DNA of 64,000 nt from an uncultured bacterium (GCA_963777505.1 CAVZQN010000001.1:512001-576000); one strand, 5' to 3'; shown: positions 28,706 through 40,066, counted from the first letter of the stretch. Notes: generated from the sequence alone by a model not told the origin. Numbers and translations: made by a program.

Positions 28706-31339
28706 CTACATTGACGATTCAAGAGATTTCAGTGTGCTCTCAGTTTTTTGCTTCTTTGCTGTAAGATCAGCAAACTTGGTTTTATGCTCTTCAACAATTT
28801 CGGCCGGCGCGTTCTTAATGAAATTTTCGTTGGCCAGCTTCTTTTCAGACTGCTGTAACTCAGTGTCTATTTTCTTTAACTCTCTTTTCAATCTCTCTAC
28901 CTCGGCAGAAGTGTCTAAAACTCCAGTCAAGTCGATTCCAATTTCACAGTTGACTAAAATACCGCGTGCGAGGTGAGATGCTGCAGGAAAATTTTCGACA
29001 ATTTGAATCGACTCGGCGCGTGCGAGCTGCAAAAGTTCGGTAAGATAAAGGTTGATCAGATCCACATTCACTTCGCCTCGAACATAAACTTTCACTTTTT
29101 TTGCAGGCTCGATGTTCATTTCGGATCGTACCTGACGGATCTTGCCGATGAGCTCCATCAGAAACCCAAAATCCTTCTCCGCCGTTTCATCGATATTTTT
29201 CTTACTTGTTTCAGGAAAACGAGCCCGAATGAGAGCTTCATCTTTGCGAATCGACAACGGAATCTGTTGCCATAAATATTCTGTGATGAAAGGAATAAAC
29301 GGATGAAGTAAACGCAAAACATCGGATAGACGGTGTAAAAGTAGAGCTTTTCGTGCGCTGGCATCAGGCTGATCATCTGCAAGGTGAGGCTTAATCCATT
29401 CAATATACCAGTCACAGAATTCATGCCACAGAAATTGATAGGCTGCATTCGCTGCGACATCGAAGCGGAACTCCGCCAGAGCTGTATTCATTTCACCGGC
29501 AACACGATTCAAGCGTGAATAGATCCATCGATCGCCAAGATCCCATCGATCTTCAGGAAGTACAGTAAGCTCATCGCCTTCTGAAACCTTCATCAATGCA
29601 AAGCGTGCTGAATTCCAGAGTTTGTTCAGAAAGGCTCTGTAACCTTGAATCCGTTTTGGAGCAAGTGGAATGTCGGGCGAAGGGACAGCTAAAACCGCAA
29701 GCGTGAAACGTAACGCATCAGCACCATACTCATTGATCAACTCCATCGGATCGAGTGTATTCCCTTTTGCCTTCGACATCTTTTGTCCAAATTCATCTCG
29801 GACAAGCCCATGAATGTAAACGTCAGAAAACGGAACATCATCCATGAATTTAAGTCCGAACATCATCATTCTCGCGACCCAGAAAAAGATAATATCGAAC
29901 CCGGTAACCAGAACATTGGTCGGATAGTAATACTTCAAATCCGGAGTTTTTTCCGGCCATCCAAAAACAGACATTGGCCACAAACCGGAAGAAAACCATG
30001 TATCTAAAACATCAGTCTCCTGACGTAATTTTTCCGAACCGCAAGTGGAACATGTTTTTGGTGTCTCAACTTCAACTGTCATGTGACCGTTGTCGCAGTA
30101 CCATGCCGGAATTTGATGACCCCACCACAGTTGTCTGCTGATACACCAATCACGGATGTTCCGCATCCATTCGAAATATGTTTTTGACCATGTTTCCGGA
30201 TAAAAGCGTGTTCGTCCTTCTTCAACAGCTCGAATGGCAGGTTCAGCCAGCTGAGACATGCGTGCAAACCATTGAAGTGAAAGCAACGGTTCAACGATTG
30301 TGTTGCAACGGTCACAATAGCCTAAAGAATATTGATGCTTTTCCTGCTTGATCAAAAATCCTTGCGTGGTTAAATCCTCGAGCACACGTTTGCGTGCTTC
30401 GAAGCGATCCAGAGATGCATAAGGTCCTGCGGCATCAGTCATTTTGCCTTCCCCATCGATGACCAAAATCGATGGAATGTTGTTGCGCTTTGCTGCCGCA
30501 AAATCGTTTGGATCATGTCCGGGCGTAAGTTTCACGGCTCCGCTTCCGAATTCTCTGTCTACAAAAGAATCTGCAATAATTGGAATTTCGCGATTCAACA
30601 ATGGAAGTACTGCAGTTTTTCCAACAAGATTTTTGTAGCGCTCGTCATCCGGATGCACCGCTACTGCGGTATCTCCAAGCATGGTTTCAGGGCGAGTTGT
30701 GGCGACTTCAATAGACTGCGAAGAAGTTTTTACCGGGTATCGAATGTAATAGAGCTGGCCATCTTTTGTTTCATGCCTGACTTCAAGATCGGAAATTGCA
30801 GTACGGCATCGCGGACACCAGTTAACAATGTAGCTATCCTTGTAAATCAACCCTTCGTTGTACAGTTTTACAAATGCTGTACGGACCGCTTTCGATAATC
30901 CTTCGTCTAAAGTAAATCGTTCGCGCGACCAATCTAGAGAAAGTCCGAGTTTGTGAATTTGGCTGACGATTCTCTGATGACTGTATTCTTTCCATTCCCA
31001 CGCGCGCTTCTGAAAGGCTTCACGTCCAATTTGCTGTCGTGTTTTTCCTTCTTTTGCAAGCTCACGCTCAACTACCATCTGAGTTGCAATTCCGGCATGA
31101 TCAGTCCCGGGAACCCACAAAGCATTTATCCCGAGCATTCTTTGCCAACGGGTTAAGATGTCCTGCAAAGTTAAATCAAAGGCATGGCCTACATGAAGAT
31201 GACCTGTAACATTTGGAGGAGGAATTACAATGACAAATCGTTCGCGATTCGGCTCCACTTCGCTGTGGAAACTTTCATTACTCAGCCAGTATTGATACTG
31301 AGCATCTTCAATTAACTTTGGGTCATACACTTTTTCCAT
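28706..31339 (-). CDS. valS: Valine-tRNA ligase
   Basis: PPPNVTGHLHVGHA, DHAGIATQ, DWCISRQLWWGH, KMSK, C-terminal coiled coil. Confidence 0.98.
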   Translation of the reverse strand: MEKVYDPKLIEDAQYQYWLSNESFHSEVEPNRERFVIVIPPPNVTGHLHVGHAFDLTLQDILTRWQRMLGINALWVPGTDHAGIATQMVVERELAKEGKTRQQIGREAFQKRAWEWKEYSHQRIVSQIHKLGLSLDWSRERFTLDEGLSKAVRTAFVKLYNEGLIYKDSYIVNWCPRCRTAISDLEVRHETKDGQLYYIRYPVKTSSQSIEVATTRPETMLGDTAVAVHPDDERYKNLVGKTAVLPLLNREIPIIADSFVDREFGSGAVKLTPGHDPNDFAAAKRNNIPSILVIDGEGKMTDAAGPYASLDRFEARKRVLEDLTTQGFLIKQEKHQYSLGYCDRCNTIVEPLLSLQWFARMSQLAEPAIRAVEEGRTRFYPETWSKTYFEWMRNIRDWCISRQLWWGHQIPAWYCDNGHMTVEVETPKTCSTCGSEKLRQETDVLDTWFSSGLWPMSVFGWPEKTPDLKYYYPTNVLVTGFDIIFFWVARMMMFGLKFMDDVPFSDVYIHGLVRDEFGQKMSKAKGNTLDPMELINEYGADALRFTLAVLAVPSPDIPLAPKRIQGYRAFLNKLWNSARFALMKVSEGDELTVLPEDRWDLGDRWIYSRLNRVAGEMNTALAEFRFDVAANAAYQFLWHEFCDWYIEWIKPHLADDQPDASARKALLLHRLSDVLRLLHPFIPFITEYLWQQIPLSIRKDEALIRARFPETSKKNIDETAEKDFGFLMELIGKIRQVRSEMNIEPAKKVKVYVRGEVNVDLINLYLTELLQLARAESIQIVENFPAASHLARGILVNCEIGIDLTGVLDTSAEVERLKRELKKIDTELQQSEKKLANENFIKNAPAEIVEEHKTKFADLTAKKQKTESTLKSLESSM

Positions 31340-31349
31340 GTGTAAATTC

Positions 31350-31367
31350 CTTTGTGTCTCTGCGGTT
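31350..31367 (-). repeat. 18-bp junction repeat, copy 4 (with partial inverted partner)
   Basis: rc AACCGCAGAGACACAAAG, 10 nt upstream of valS ATG; AGACACAAA at 31377-31385 can pair with it. Confidence 0.75.
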
Positions 31368-31438
31368 CAAATATGCAGACACAAAAAGTATATAAGTATA
31401 CTATCGTTGGCAAATGTTGGAGTGTGAAGTAAGTCGGG

Positions 31439-33052
31439 CTATTCTTCGCCGGCGTGCAGTTTTTCCAATTCGCGGCGGATCATCTTTTCCGCTAAATCAG
31501 GGACTACCTGCCATACAATTTCTGAAACAAGCTTCTCCGAAAGTTTCGCCACAACTCGATCTGCAATTTTGTTGATCAGGTCTTCCGTAATTTCTACCGT
31601 AGTCAACGCTGGAACAGGAGAGCTGTCCTGAGCTACTACCGGTACCGGTTCCGTAATCATCTGTTGCGTCGCCGAAACTTCAGATCCATCAGCCTGTAAT
31701 TCTTCCGACTCTTCTACAGAAGGAACGCTATCAGCGACAGGTTCACCATCGAATAATTCCTCAGCAGTTCGTTCTCCCGCAAGTGAGCGCTCGCGTGACC
31801 ATGTATTTTCACCGAAAGTAGCATTCACTTCTAAAGAACTATCAAGTTCTTCAATTTCTTCTTTCGGTTCTTCAACCGGTTCCTGAATTGATTCTTCAAT
31901 CTGCTCTTCTACTTGAGGCGTTTCGTTCTGCCCAACAATCCACAAAGCTTCAGGAGGTATAGTTAAAGGTCCGGTGTTTTCGACATCGGCAACCGGCGCT
32001 AGCTCTTGCTGAACTTCTTCGACAGGAGCAGGTGGAGGAGGCGGCGGTTCGGGTAAACCGAATGGAGAATCTTCTTCCGATGCAGTAGTAGTCCATTGCG
32101 CCGTCTCAGGTGACTCACCAAATACATCACCAAAAGGCTCATCTTCAGGAAGAATCACGGCTGGCTGCGGCATCGTATTTTGATCGTCGCGTGAAGCATC
32201 AAATATAGGCTCACCTATAGGTTCACCACCTTGCGGCATAAGTAGTGCATCTCGATTAATGATCGTTGCATCCGAACTGTCGAATGTAAATTCAGGTTCT
32301 TCGTGAGTTGTGAATGCAGGTTCATTAAATTCCATTTGTGGAGCTTCAGGTTGTTCTGAGGTCGATGGTACAAGATCATCTTCAAAAATCGGCTCATTCA
32401 TTGGAGTAACCGAGTCGATATTTACTGTTTCTTGTTCTAAATCGGCTTCTGCTTCAAATGGTGGTGCTTCAGCAAACATATTGGCAGAAAAAATTGGAGG
32501 TCCCGGTAGCATCATTGTCTTTTCAGTATCGTATGCTTCACCGCTGATTTCACTTATCGAACCTGTAATCGTATCCTCTTCAGGATGAAGGGATTCAGCA
32601 AAAATATCCTGGGGTTTCGAAACGACTTCTTGTGTGCTTTGGATGGGCGGAGCAAAGATGCTCATCAAATCTTTTACTTTTGTTGTTAGAAGTTGAGGAT
32701 CAAATGGTTTTGAAAGGAGGTCATTTGCACCGACTTCACGCACTTTTTCTTCAACAGCTTTAGCGCGTTCTTCATCCATCGTTTCATAAATGCCTGCAAG
32801 TAAAATCACGGGTGTTTGTGCAAAACTTGCATATTCGGGATTTGTCCGCAAAATTTCACAAATCTCGTAACCGCTACGAACCGGAAGGCTTATATCTGCG
32901 AGGATAATATCTGGGCGGATTTGAGGAATTGCCTCCAGAGCTGATTGCCCATCATTCACACATCTTATTTCATATTGATCATCAGAAAATGTGAGCTCCA
33001 CAATTTTCTGAATAGTGATGCTTTTATCAGCAAGTAAGATCGTGTTCCCCAT
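31439..33052 (-). CDS. RomR-like response regulator (REC, long acidic Pro-rich linker, conserved C-terminal helices)
   Basis: LLADKSITIQKIVELTF receiver; C-terminal LVSEIVWQVVPDLAEKMIRRELEKL; next to valS. Confidence 0.8.
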   Translation of the reverse strand: MGNTILLADKSITIQKIVELTFSDDQYEIRCVNDGQSALEAIPQIRPDIILADISLPVRSGYEICEILRTNPEYASFAQTPVILLAGIYETMDEERAKAVEEKVREVGANDLLSKPFDPQLLTTKVKDLMSIFAPPIQSTQEVVSKPQDIFAESLHPEEDTITGSISEISGEAYDTEKTMMLPGPPIFSANMFAEAPPFEAEADLEQETVNIDSVTPMNEPIFEDDLVPSTSEQPEAPQMEFNEPAFTTHEEPEFTFDSSDATIINRDALLMPQGGEPIGEPIFDASRDDQNTMPQPAVILPEDEPFGDVFGESPETAQWTTTASEEDSPFGLPEPPPPPPAPVEEVQQELAPVADVENTGPLTIPPEALWIVGQNETPQVEEQIEESIQEPVEEPKEEIEELDSSLEVNATFGENTWSRERSLAGERTAEELFDGEPVADSVPSVEESEELQADGSEVSATQQMITEPVPVVAQDSSPVPALTTVEITEDLINKIADRVVAKLSEKLVSEIVWQVVPDLAEKMIRRELEKLHAGEE

Positions 33053-33188
33053 ATATTGGCCTCCTCAGACCGAGCCCTCTTTTTCCTTATTCTAAAGTAT
33101 CTTAGACCGTTCCTCAATGGCCTTTTTTAGCTTCGAGTATAGAAAAGCGTCTTCAGCCCAATATTTTCGGCTTTCTCGTCGTTAAAAG

Positions 33189-34586
33189 TTACCCCTTTGT
33201 CATGACCAGACGAGGTTCAGCCGGGTAGCGGATATTATACCGTTTCATCATTTCATTGAGTGTTGTAGGTTTGATCCGCAGAAGTTTGGCAGCTTCCTTT
33301 TGCACTCCATCCGATTTTTGCAAAGCGTCCATAATCAATACCTTGCGATAGTGATCCACTTTATCTTTGAATGGAAGATTGCCATCAGTAACCATGAAAG
33401 TCTTCGCCCGTTCACGAATGATGTCTGGAAGTAGATCGGCTGTAACTGAATCCCCTCTGCAAAGTACGACAGCGCGCTCAATCACGTTTTCGAGTTCGCG
33501 CACATTTCCTGGCCATGAATAGTCCATCAACGCATTTAAGGCTTGCGGAGTTAAATGCAGTGACGGTTTTTCATTTTCTTTGCAATACTTTTGAATAAAG
33601 AAATCTGCGAGAAGAGGAACATCTTCCATGCGCTCCCGCAATGCGGGTAAATGAATACTGATTACATTTAAACGGTAATATAAATCTTCGCGGAATCTTC
33701 CTTCCTTCGTCAGCGCAAACAGATCGCTGTTGGTTGCAGCAATAATTCTGACATCAACATGCATCGTATCAACGCCGCCCACACGCATAAATTCCTTTTC
33801 CTGGATTACACGAAGCAGTTTGGCCTGAGTATCAAGATTGATATTTCCAATTTCATCGAAAAAGATGCTGCCGCCATCTGCAACTTCAAACAAGCCTTTC
33901 TTCGCTGCGATGGCGCCTGTAAATGACCCTTTTAAATGTCCGAATAGATTGCTTTCCAAAAGGTCCGGCGGCAAACTGCCAGAGTTCACAACAACAAATT
34001 GTTTTCCTGCGCGCGTTGAGTGGAAATGAATAGCCTTTGCGATTAATTCTTTACCGGTTCCGCTTTCACCTGTAATCATAATTGTGCTGCGACTTGGCGC
34101 GACCTGCGAAACAAGGTCGAATACTTTTCGCATTTGTTCACTGTGGCCGACAATATTTTCAAAACCATAAATCCCTTTTAGCTGAGATTTCAGGTTTTTG
34201 TTTTCACGGAGCAGCAAACGCTGTTTTATAGCTTTTTGAACGGACAGCATTACAGCATCATTCTTGAAAGGCTTTGTAATGTAATCAAACGCACCTTGCT
34301 TCATGCATTCAATTGCATTTTCAAGCGAAGCGTAAGCCGTCACCATAATAACGGGAATGTCTGGATCACTTTTTCGGAGTTCTTGAAGCGTGCCTAGACC
34401 GCCGATGCCATTCATCATCACATCGAGAATTACGGCATCATATTCGCGGTCACGTGCCATCCGAAGGCCTTCCTCACCGGAAGGACTGAAGTCTGCTAAA
34501 TACCCTTCTGACTTCAGTAAATGTTGAAAAATTTCACGGACCACGTCTTCATCATCAATCACCAGAATACGCTCTAGACTGCTCAT
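33189..34586 (-). CDS. Sigma54-dependent NtrC/AtoC-family response regulator
   Basis: REC, GESGTGKEL, ESNLFGHLKGSFTGA, FFDEI, FREDLYYRLNV, WPGNVRELEN, Fis-type HTH. Confidence 0.96.
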   Translation of the reverse strand: MSSLERILVIDDEDVVREIFQHLLKSEGYLADFSPSGEEGLRMARDREYDAVILDVMMNGIGGLGTLQELRKSDPDIPVIMVTAYASLENAIECMKQGAFDYITKPFKNDAVMLSVQKAIKQRLLLRENKNLKSQLKGIYGFENIVGHSEQMRKVFDLVSQVAPSRSTIMITGESGTGKELIAKAIHFHSTRAGKQFVVVNSGSLPPDLLESNLFGHLKGSFTGAIAAKKGLFEVADGGSIFFDEIGNINLDTQAKLLRVIQEKEFMRVGGVDTMHVDVRIIAATNSDLFALTKEGRFREDLYYRLNVISIHLPALRERMEDVPLLADFFIQKYCKENEKPSLHLTPQALNALMDYSWPGNVRELENVIERAVVLCRGDSVTADLLPDIIRERAKTFMVTDGNLPFKDKVDHYRKVLIMDALQKSDGVQKEAAKLLRIKPTTLNEMMKRYNIRYPAEPRLVMTKG

Positions 34587-37436
34587 GTACTTCCCTCTTC
34601 ATCGGTAGCTTGATTTGAAAATGTGTCCCCTTACCCTCTTCTGAAAAAACGTCGATCGAACCTTTATGTTCCTGAATAATCGTGTACGTTATTGCAAGAC
34701 CAAGCCCTGTTCCTTTTAATGACTTCTTAGAAAAGAAGGGCTCATAAATGTGCTTCAGTGTCTTTTCATCCATTCCAATGCCCGTATCAACTATGTTGAT
34801 AACAACTTGTCCATCTTCCGTTTCAGTTCGAACCAACAACCGTCCACCGCCATTCATCGCATCTCTTGCATTCAAAAATAAATTGGTGAATACCTGCTGC
34901 AGTTTTCCTTCGTTCCCTGAAACTTTGGGATTTAACGGATCCCATTCTTGAACGATTTCAACGGGCGAGTCTTTGAAATGGGGCTGTAAAAGTACAAGGG
35001 TTTCATTCAACAATTCATTGATATCAATATTCTCTACGGCTGCAGGTTGTTCGCGAGAGAGATCGAGCAATGTATTAATAATTTTTGAAGCACGAAATGT
35101 TTGTTGCTCGATTTTCTGTAGAATTTCTTTTGTTTCAGGTTGAAGCATTCTATTTTCAAGCATCTGTGTATAACTTGAAATACCTGTCAATGGAGTATTC
35201 ACTTCATGGGCGACACCGGCCGCAAGAAGTCCAAGCGCAGAAAGTTTTTCGGATTGCGTAAGCTGTTCTTCCAATTTCGCCTGATGAGTTACATCATCCA
35301 GAATTAGAATTGTTCCGTATTCAACATCCGATTCGTTGATTAGTGGAACAAACGAAAGGTTCATAACTGCATCCTGGCCTTTGAAATTTTCAGCCATGGT
35401 TTTGTAGAAACGGGCGCCTTCGAGTTTCTTACGCGAACTTTTCAAATTGTAATTTTTGTATCGGTCCACAATTTCCTGCGGAAAAATCTCTTCCAACTTA
35501 TGACCAAGAATTGAAACACGGTTCATACCAAGGAATGATTCCAGCGACTGATTGCACGCAACAACCTTTCCATTTTCATCTAATGTACAGATTCCAACAT
35601 TAAGGCTAAGTAAAATATTTTCGTTAAAATTCTTCACACGCTCCAGTTCATCTGCCTTGTTCTTTAGGGTAAAGAAGAGCCTGTGGTTCTCAATAACGAT
35701 AGCAAGCTGATTTGCGACGGTAACAAGCAGATCGAGATCTTCGCTTGAAAGGTAGTCCCCTTTTTCTTTTTTGGAAACAGCGACGATGGCAACGATATTA
35801 TGCTTGAATCTGCAGGGGATAAAGTAATTCAGATTCAATTTACGAAGGATTTCTTCATCTTCAAGAAGCTCGGCATCAATATTGAAGTACGTATCCACAA
35901 AGATAAATGGATCTGTGGAAAGTGCTGTTAAAAATCCGAGGCCTGGATTGATCGCGACATTCTGGATCTGTTGATGATTCAAACCGGTTTAAGCCCGTTT
36001 TCAGCAATAGATCCGCACGTTCGCTTTTGAAGGTTGAAACCAGGTGTTTGATCAGGGAACCGGAGAGTTGTTCAATGTCGAGAGAAGATGTCATTTCCCG
36101 GCTGAACTGAATTAGTGTGCGTCTGTAATCATAACTATCTTTGTAATACACACGATCTACAAGTGACCGGACACGATCTCGTAACGGTTGGAACAACAGT
36201 GCTGCAAGCAATGTTGTCAACGATGCGATTGCTACGGTAGTAAATCGTGTCGCATCGGGCATCAGGAATTTCACAGTAGAAACTGTGAGCATGAGATACA
36301 TGATGAAAAGTACGAGGGTGGTGAGGGTATAAATCATTCCCCGCTTGATGATGATATCGACATCCATCAGGCGGTATTTAAACAATGCATACGTCAAAGA
36401 AAGGGGAATCAGAATCTGCGGCATTAACGCAGCCTCAAGGGCTTGATTCGGAACACGAACAACGAGCGAGAACAGCCACAGAGTGCAGAATGGGGCAAAT
36501 CCCGCAACGATACCCGCCAGCACAAGCTTTAATTGCTTTCTCTGGATGACATCTTCAGATTTTGCATAGGAATAAATCAAAACAACGATTCCAGCGAAAA
36601 GGCCGACAAACAGGTAGAAAAGCTCAAAGTTTTCGAACGCTAGATAACCTTCGATACTTGTAACATAAGGGCTTGAAGGTTTTAAGAAATAAAACAATGT
36701 AAAAAGAATCCGGGCGCTGATAAACGTAATCGACGGTAGATAAAGAAAAAACAATCGATCTTTTGGGATCCCTTGTCTTTGACCCGGAAAATAAAATGCA
36801 AAGTGCAAAAACAGAGGCGGAAGTAACAGAAGAAAAACTTCATCAGCCCAGAAAAAGACCCAATCCAGCAGATCGAGCCGGCGAGTGAACGAGAAAACAT
36901 ATGCGCCGAAAAATGCAAGACAAAGTAAGAAAAAGTGTAATGCAAACGAACGGCTATGACTCTTTAAGAATGCGAATAGCCCTATGGCCAAAATGACAAA
37001 ACCAACTGAGGCAAGATAAAAATAAAAGCTATTTGTGCGGGGTTTTGGCGTTACTCAAAACGACAAACGATTCATCACCACGAACCAGGTCGTATTGAAG
37101 TGGCCTGTTGGCGGCCATTTCTTTTTCTGCAATCGCTCCGACATCCTGCGGAATTCGGACTTTTCGAAGATTGATTGCAGAGATCTGATCCCCTTTTTGA
37201 ATTCCAGAGTCGTCACCGGCGGAACCAGAAGCAATAGTGTCAGCAACAACGACACCCCGGAAGAAAATCCATTTCACTCCATCGGTAACAGGTTTAGAGT
37301 TCCATTGAGCAGCAAAGTTCATTGCACCCAGAGTTGCAATGGCAAGCGTAAAAATTAAGATCAAAACTTTTACGCTTTTGGTATGTTGCCCTAAACTCTC
37401 TTTCAACAGAAAAATCTCCTCACCTCCAGCCTGCAA
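34555..37436 (-). CDS. Membrane sensor histidine kinase (PDZ, multi-TM, GAF, PAS, HisKA, HATPase), split by two apparent frameshifts
   Basis: Three consecutive ORFs: PDZ-like SGIQKGDQI; TM block with KYRLMDVD; GVAHEVNTPL, NLFLNARDAM, DTGIG, GTGLGL. Confidence 0.85.
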
Positions 37437-37506
37437 AGCTTATGCCTTCAAAGCACTATATTGCCTTTTCTGCTAAGTTACTGATTTAGTTGATGATAAC
37501 ATATCT

Positions 37507-37578
37507 ATTCAAAATTTTGTATACTCGATTGATTCAAAATATTGAATAATTCAAGAAATTCGATTCAGAGAATTGTAT
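37507..37578. promoter_or_regulatory. Three ATTCAR-N4-TTGWAT palindromes, putative operator array
   Basis: Copies at 37507-37522, 37532-37547 and 37563-37578; IHF-like TAAGTTACTGATT at 37474-37486. Confidence 0.5.
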
Positions 37579-37623
37579 GCGTGTAAATCGTTGAGAAAGA
37601 AGAGTTACAGGAATTGAGGGGGA

Positions 37624-39381
37624 TTAAAACTCGATCAGAACTCCGCCGGCGATTACACGAGGCATATCATACTGAAGGGCGCGATAATAGTCTGCATTTT
37701 GGCTCGAATCCTGTGTTTGATCCAGAACATTTTGAATAGCAACAAGCAGTTTTAAATCCGATTCTGAAAAAAGTCCAACTGGAATTCCTTGATACACTTC
37801 CACATCCAATGCCGACAGCGGACTACTTGAATCCTTCCGACCGAAAACGATCGGGCTACCAGAGCTCCACTTCCAATTTGCTGCCACTTGAGTCTGGGTT
37901 TGTTGAATATCTGCTCTTATTCCTGCGGTTACATCGTGGAAGCCTTCCGTTTTTTCACCACGCCTGAAATACATTTGATGGGCCGAGAATGTTCCCTTTT
38001 CGACAATGTACATCGGAACTGTCTCGGTAATGTTGTAACTGGCACTGGCTGTGAGCAGATCAGAAATCCGCTTTTCAAACTGCGCTTCGACACCATGCGA
38101 TTCTTGATCCTGTGCGTTAAAAATTACAAATGGACGCAACGTTTGTAGTTGCATACTGACAGGAGTATTGCGAACATCCACTGTTGCAATTTTGTCTTCG
38201 ACATTTTCATATGTATACATAACCGCAAATCGATAACCATCTTGCGCATAATTGACACCAGATTCAAATCCCTCAACGATTTCAGGGACAAGGGTGGTGC
38301 CGTAGGGTACGAATGCAATTTCATGAACGTATGATTGTAAACCTTCGGACTTTGGTGAAATGTTTCCTGGAGCTAAGGCATTCCTGAAGTATGCTCCGTG
38401 TAAAGCGAGTCCAGGTGCTATCTCCAATGAAGCTCCAACACGTGGTGAATATTGCACTGCGTCGCGTAAATAACCGTAATAATCGATCCGAACCCCATAG
38501 GCAATGTTCAACTCATCCAGAACTGGCCAGTTGTCCTGCATGTCGATGGACGTAATCCAACGGGTATCTGCAATTGATTCTTCTGGAGACTCGACGAAAC
38601 GAGCAATTCTCTGACGTGTTAATAGCTCTGGATACTGTGCGAAAACAAGATCGTTGGTTGTGAACTTTACGTCAAGATTATGATTGAAGAGTTCATAATC
38701 CATTCCACCATGTGCAAAATAACTGGTATGAAAACCATCGAGATAATTACCATTAAAGAACCAGCTTACTGAATCGTCTAAATGTCCTTGCACAGCAACT
38801 TTTGCCAGCTGATGAGTCATCATATTTTCTTCAAATCCGCCGCCGCCGACACTTAAATATGAAACTGCGCCTTCAATACCATTTGCCATCTGGAAATTAC
38901 GGAGAGCAGCGATTAAACCATCTTCGTTGGCTGAGGGTTGATCAAGTCCGACATCATTGCGGAGTGGATTTCTTTCCGCCATCCGGATCGTCCACTTAAA
39001 TCGCTCCCAACCGTTATGTTCTTTTTCTTCCGCACTGCTGACCAGTGGACGTATATCAATGAAAGTCGGCGAACCTGTTGCGACCTGTACACGCTTAAAC
39101 AGGCCCTTCATCGTGCCAGCGTCTACGGTAATCAGATATAGACCAGGTAATAAATTCGACAAAAGGAATTTCCCTTCCTTTCCTGTGATTGTGCGTGCGA
39201 CTTCTTGCAGACGAATAGAATCTACGAGGCGAACCGTTACGCCTTCACTGGCAATTGTTTTGCCACCGGTAAAAGTACCAACGATACTAGACTTAAGGTC
39301 TAGCTCTTCTCCGGTCACAAATTGTGCCGATGCGAAAAGCATAACCAGAACTGTTGTAAGTGCGATCCTGCGACTCATCAA
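37624..39381 (-). CDS. Outer-membrane beta-barrel protein with carboxypeptidase-regulatory-like N-domain (TonB-receptor-like)
   Basis: Signal peptide, G.F.L.NLLPG.Y.I.V, alternating beta-strands, YSPRVG, C-terminal Phe. Confidence 0.7.
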   Translation of the reverse strand: MMSRRIALTTVLVMLFASAQFVTGEELDLKSSIVGTFTGGKTIASEGVTVRLVDSIRLQEVARTITGKEGKFLLSNLLPGLYLITVDAGTMKGLFKRVQVATGSPTFIDIRPLVSSAEEKEHNGWERFKWTIRMAERNPLRNDVGLDQPSANEDGLIAALRNFQMANGIEGAVSYLSVGGGGFEENMMTHQLAKVAVQGHLDDSVSWFFNGNYLDGFHTSYFAHGGMDYELFNHNLDVKFTTNDLVFAQYPELLTRQRIARFVESPEESIADTRWITSIDMQDNWPVLDELNIAYGVRIDYYGYLRDAVQYSPRVGASLEIAPGLALHGAYFRNALAPGNISPKSEGLQSYVHEIAFVPYGTTLVPEIVEGFESGVNYAQDGYRFAVMYTYENVEDKIATVDVRNTPVSMQLQTLRPFVIFNAQDQESHGVEAQFEKRISDLLTASASYNITETVPMYIVEKGTFSAHQMYFRRGEKTEGFHDVTAGIRADIQQTQTQVAANWKWSSGSPIVFGRKDSSSPLSALDVEVYQGIPVGLFSESDLKLLVAIQNVLDQTQDSSQNADYYRALQYDMPRVIAGGVLIEF

Positions 39382-39414
39382 AGCTAATAACTCAGATAGA
39401 ATTATATGTGGAGT

Positions 39415-40066
39415 ATGAAAAGAGTGTCAAGCAAAGGTGACGCAATTCTCGTCTTTAGCAAGGGCTTAGATCCCATTAATGTAAAGACCCGCCTTCACCC
39501 TTTTGTGACACCCCAACAACGTTTTGAGCTTCACTTAGCATTTTTAAAAGATACTCTTGAAAAAATAAAGCATCTTTCCGCTGCTGGCTACCTTTTTGTT
39601 GCTGGCAGCGCTGATTTCCCATTTCAATGTGATTTGCCGACCTTTGTTCAAGAAGGAAACGATCTTGGTTCGAGATTGGCAAATGCTTTTGATTTCGTAT
39701 TGAGTCAACACAAGCGTGCGATTGTGATCGGAACAGATTCTCCTGACCTTCCTGTCGAACGTATTCAACATGCCTTTACAAAATTAAGCGATGCAGACGT
39801 AGTTTTAGGACCCGACTGATGATGGCGGTTATTACCTTTTAGGATTATCACGATTGTTGCCCGAACTTTTTGAAAACATTTCTTGGGGAACGGACAAAGT
39901 TCTGCAACAAACTTTGCAACATGCGGGAAATTTCAAAGTAAATTTGCTTGAATCACATTACGATGTTGATGTAATTGAAGATTTATTACGGCTAAAACAA
40001 AATCTGGAATCAAATGAAAAAATTGCGCCACACACAAAACTTTGGTTCACCAAAAATAAAATATGA
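39415..40066 (+). CDS. TIGR04282/DUF2064 nucleotidyl/glycosyltransferase-like protein (indel near 39812)
   Basis: VKTRL, QEGNDLG.RL, IGTDSP; GP(T)DDGGYYLLG restored by removing one C; DVD..EDL. Confidence 0.85.

Noticed and set aside
37445-37470. Sigma54 promoter for the kinase (minus strand GGCAATATAGTGC)
   Set aside because: GG-GC spacing is 9 nt instead of the required 10.
39415-40066. Arsenosugar biosynthesis cluster
   Set aside because: Only the TIGR04282-like gene is present; no arsS, arsM or TIGR04283 partner is nearby.
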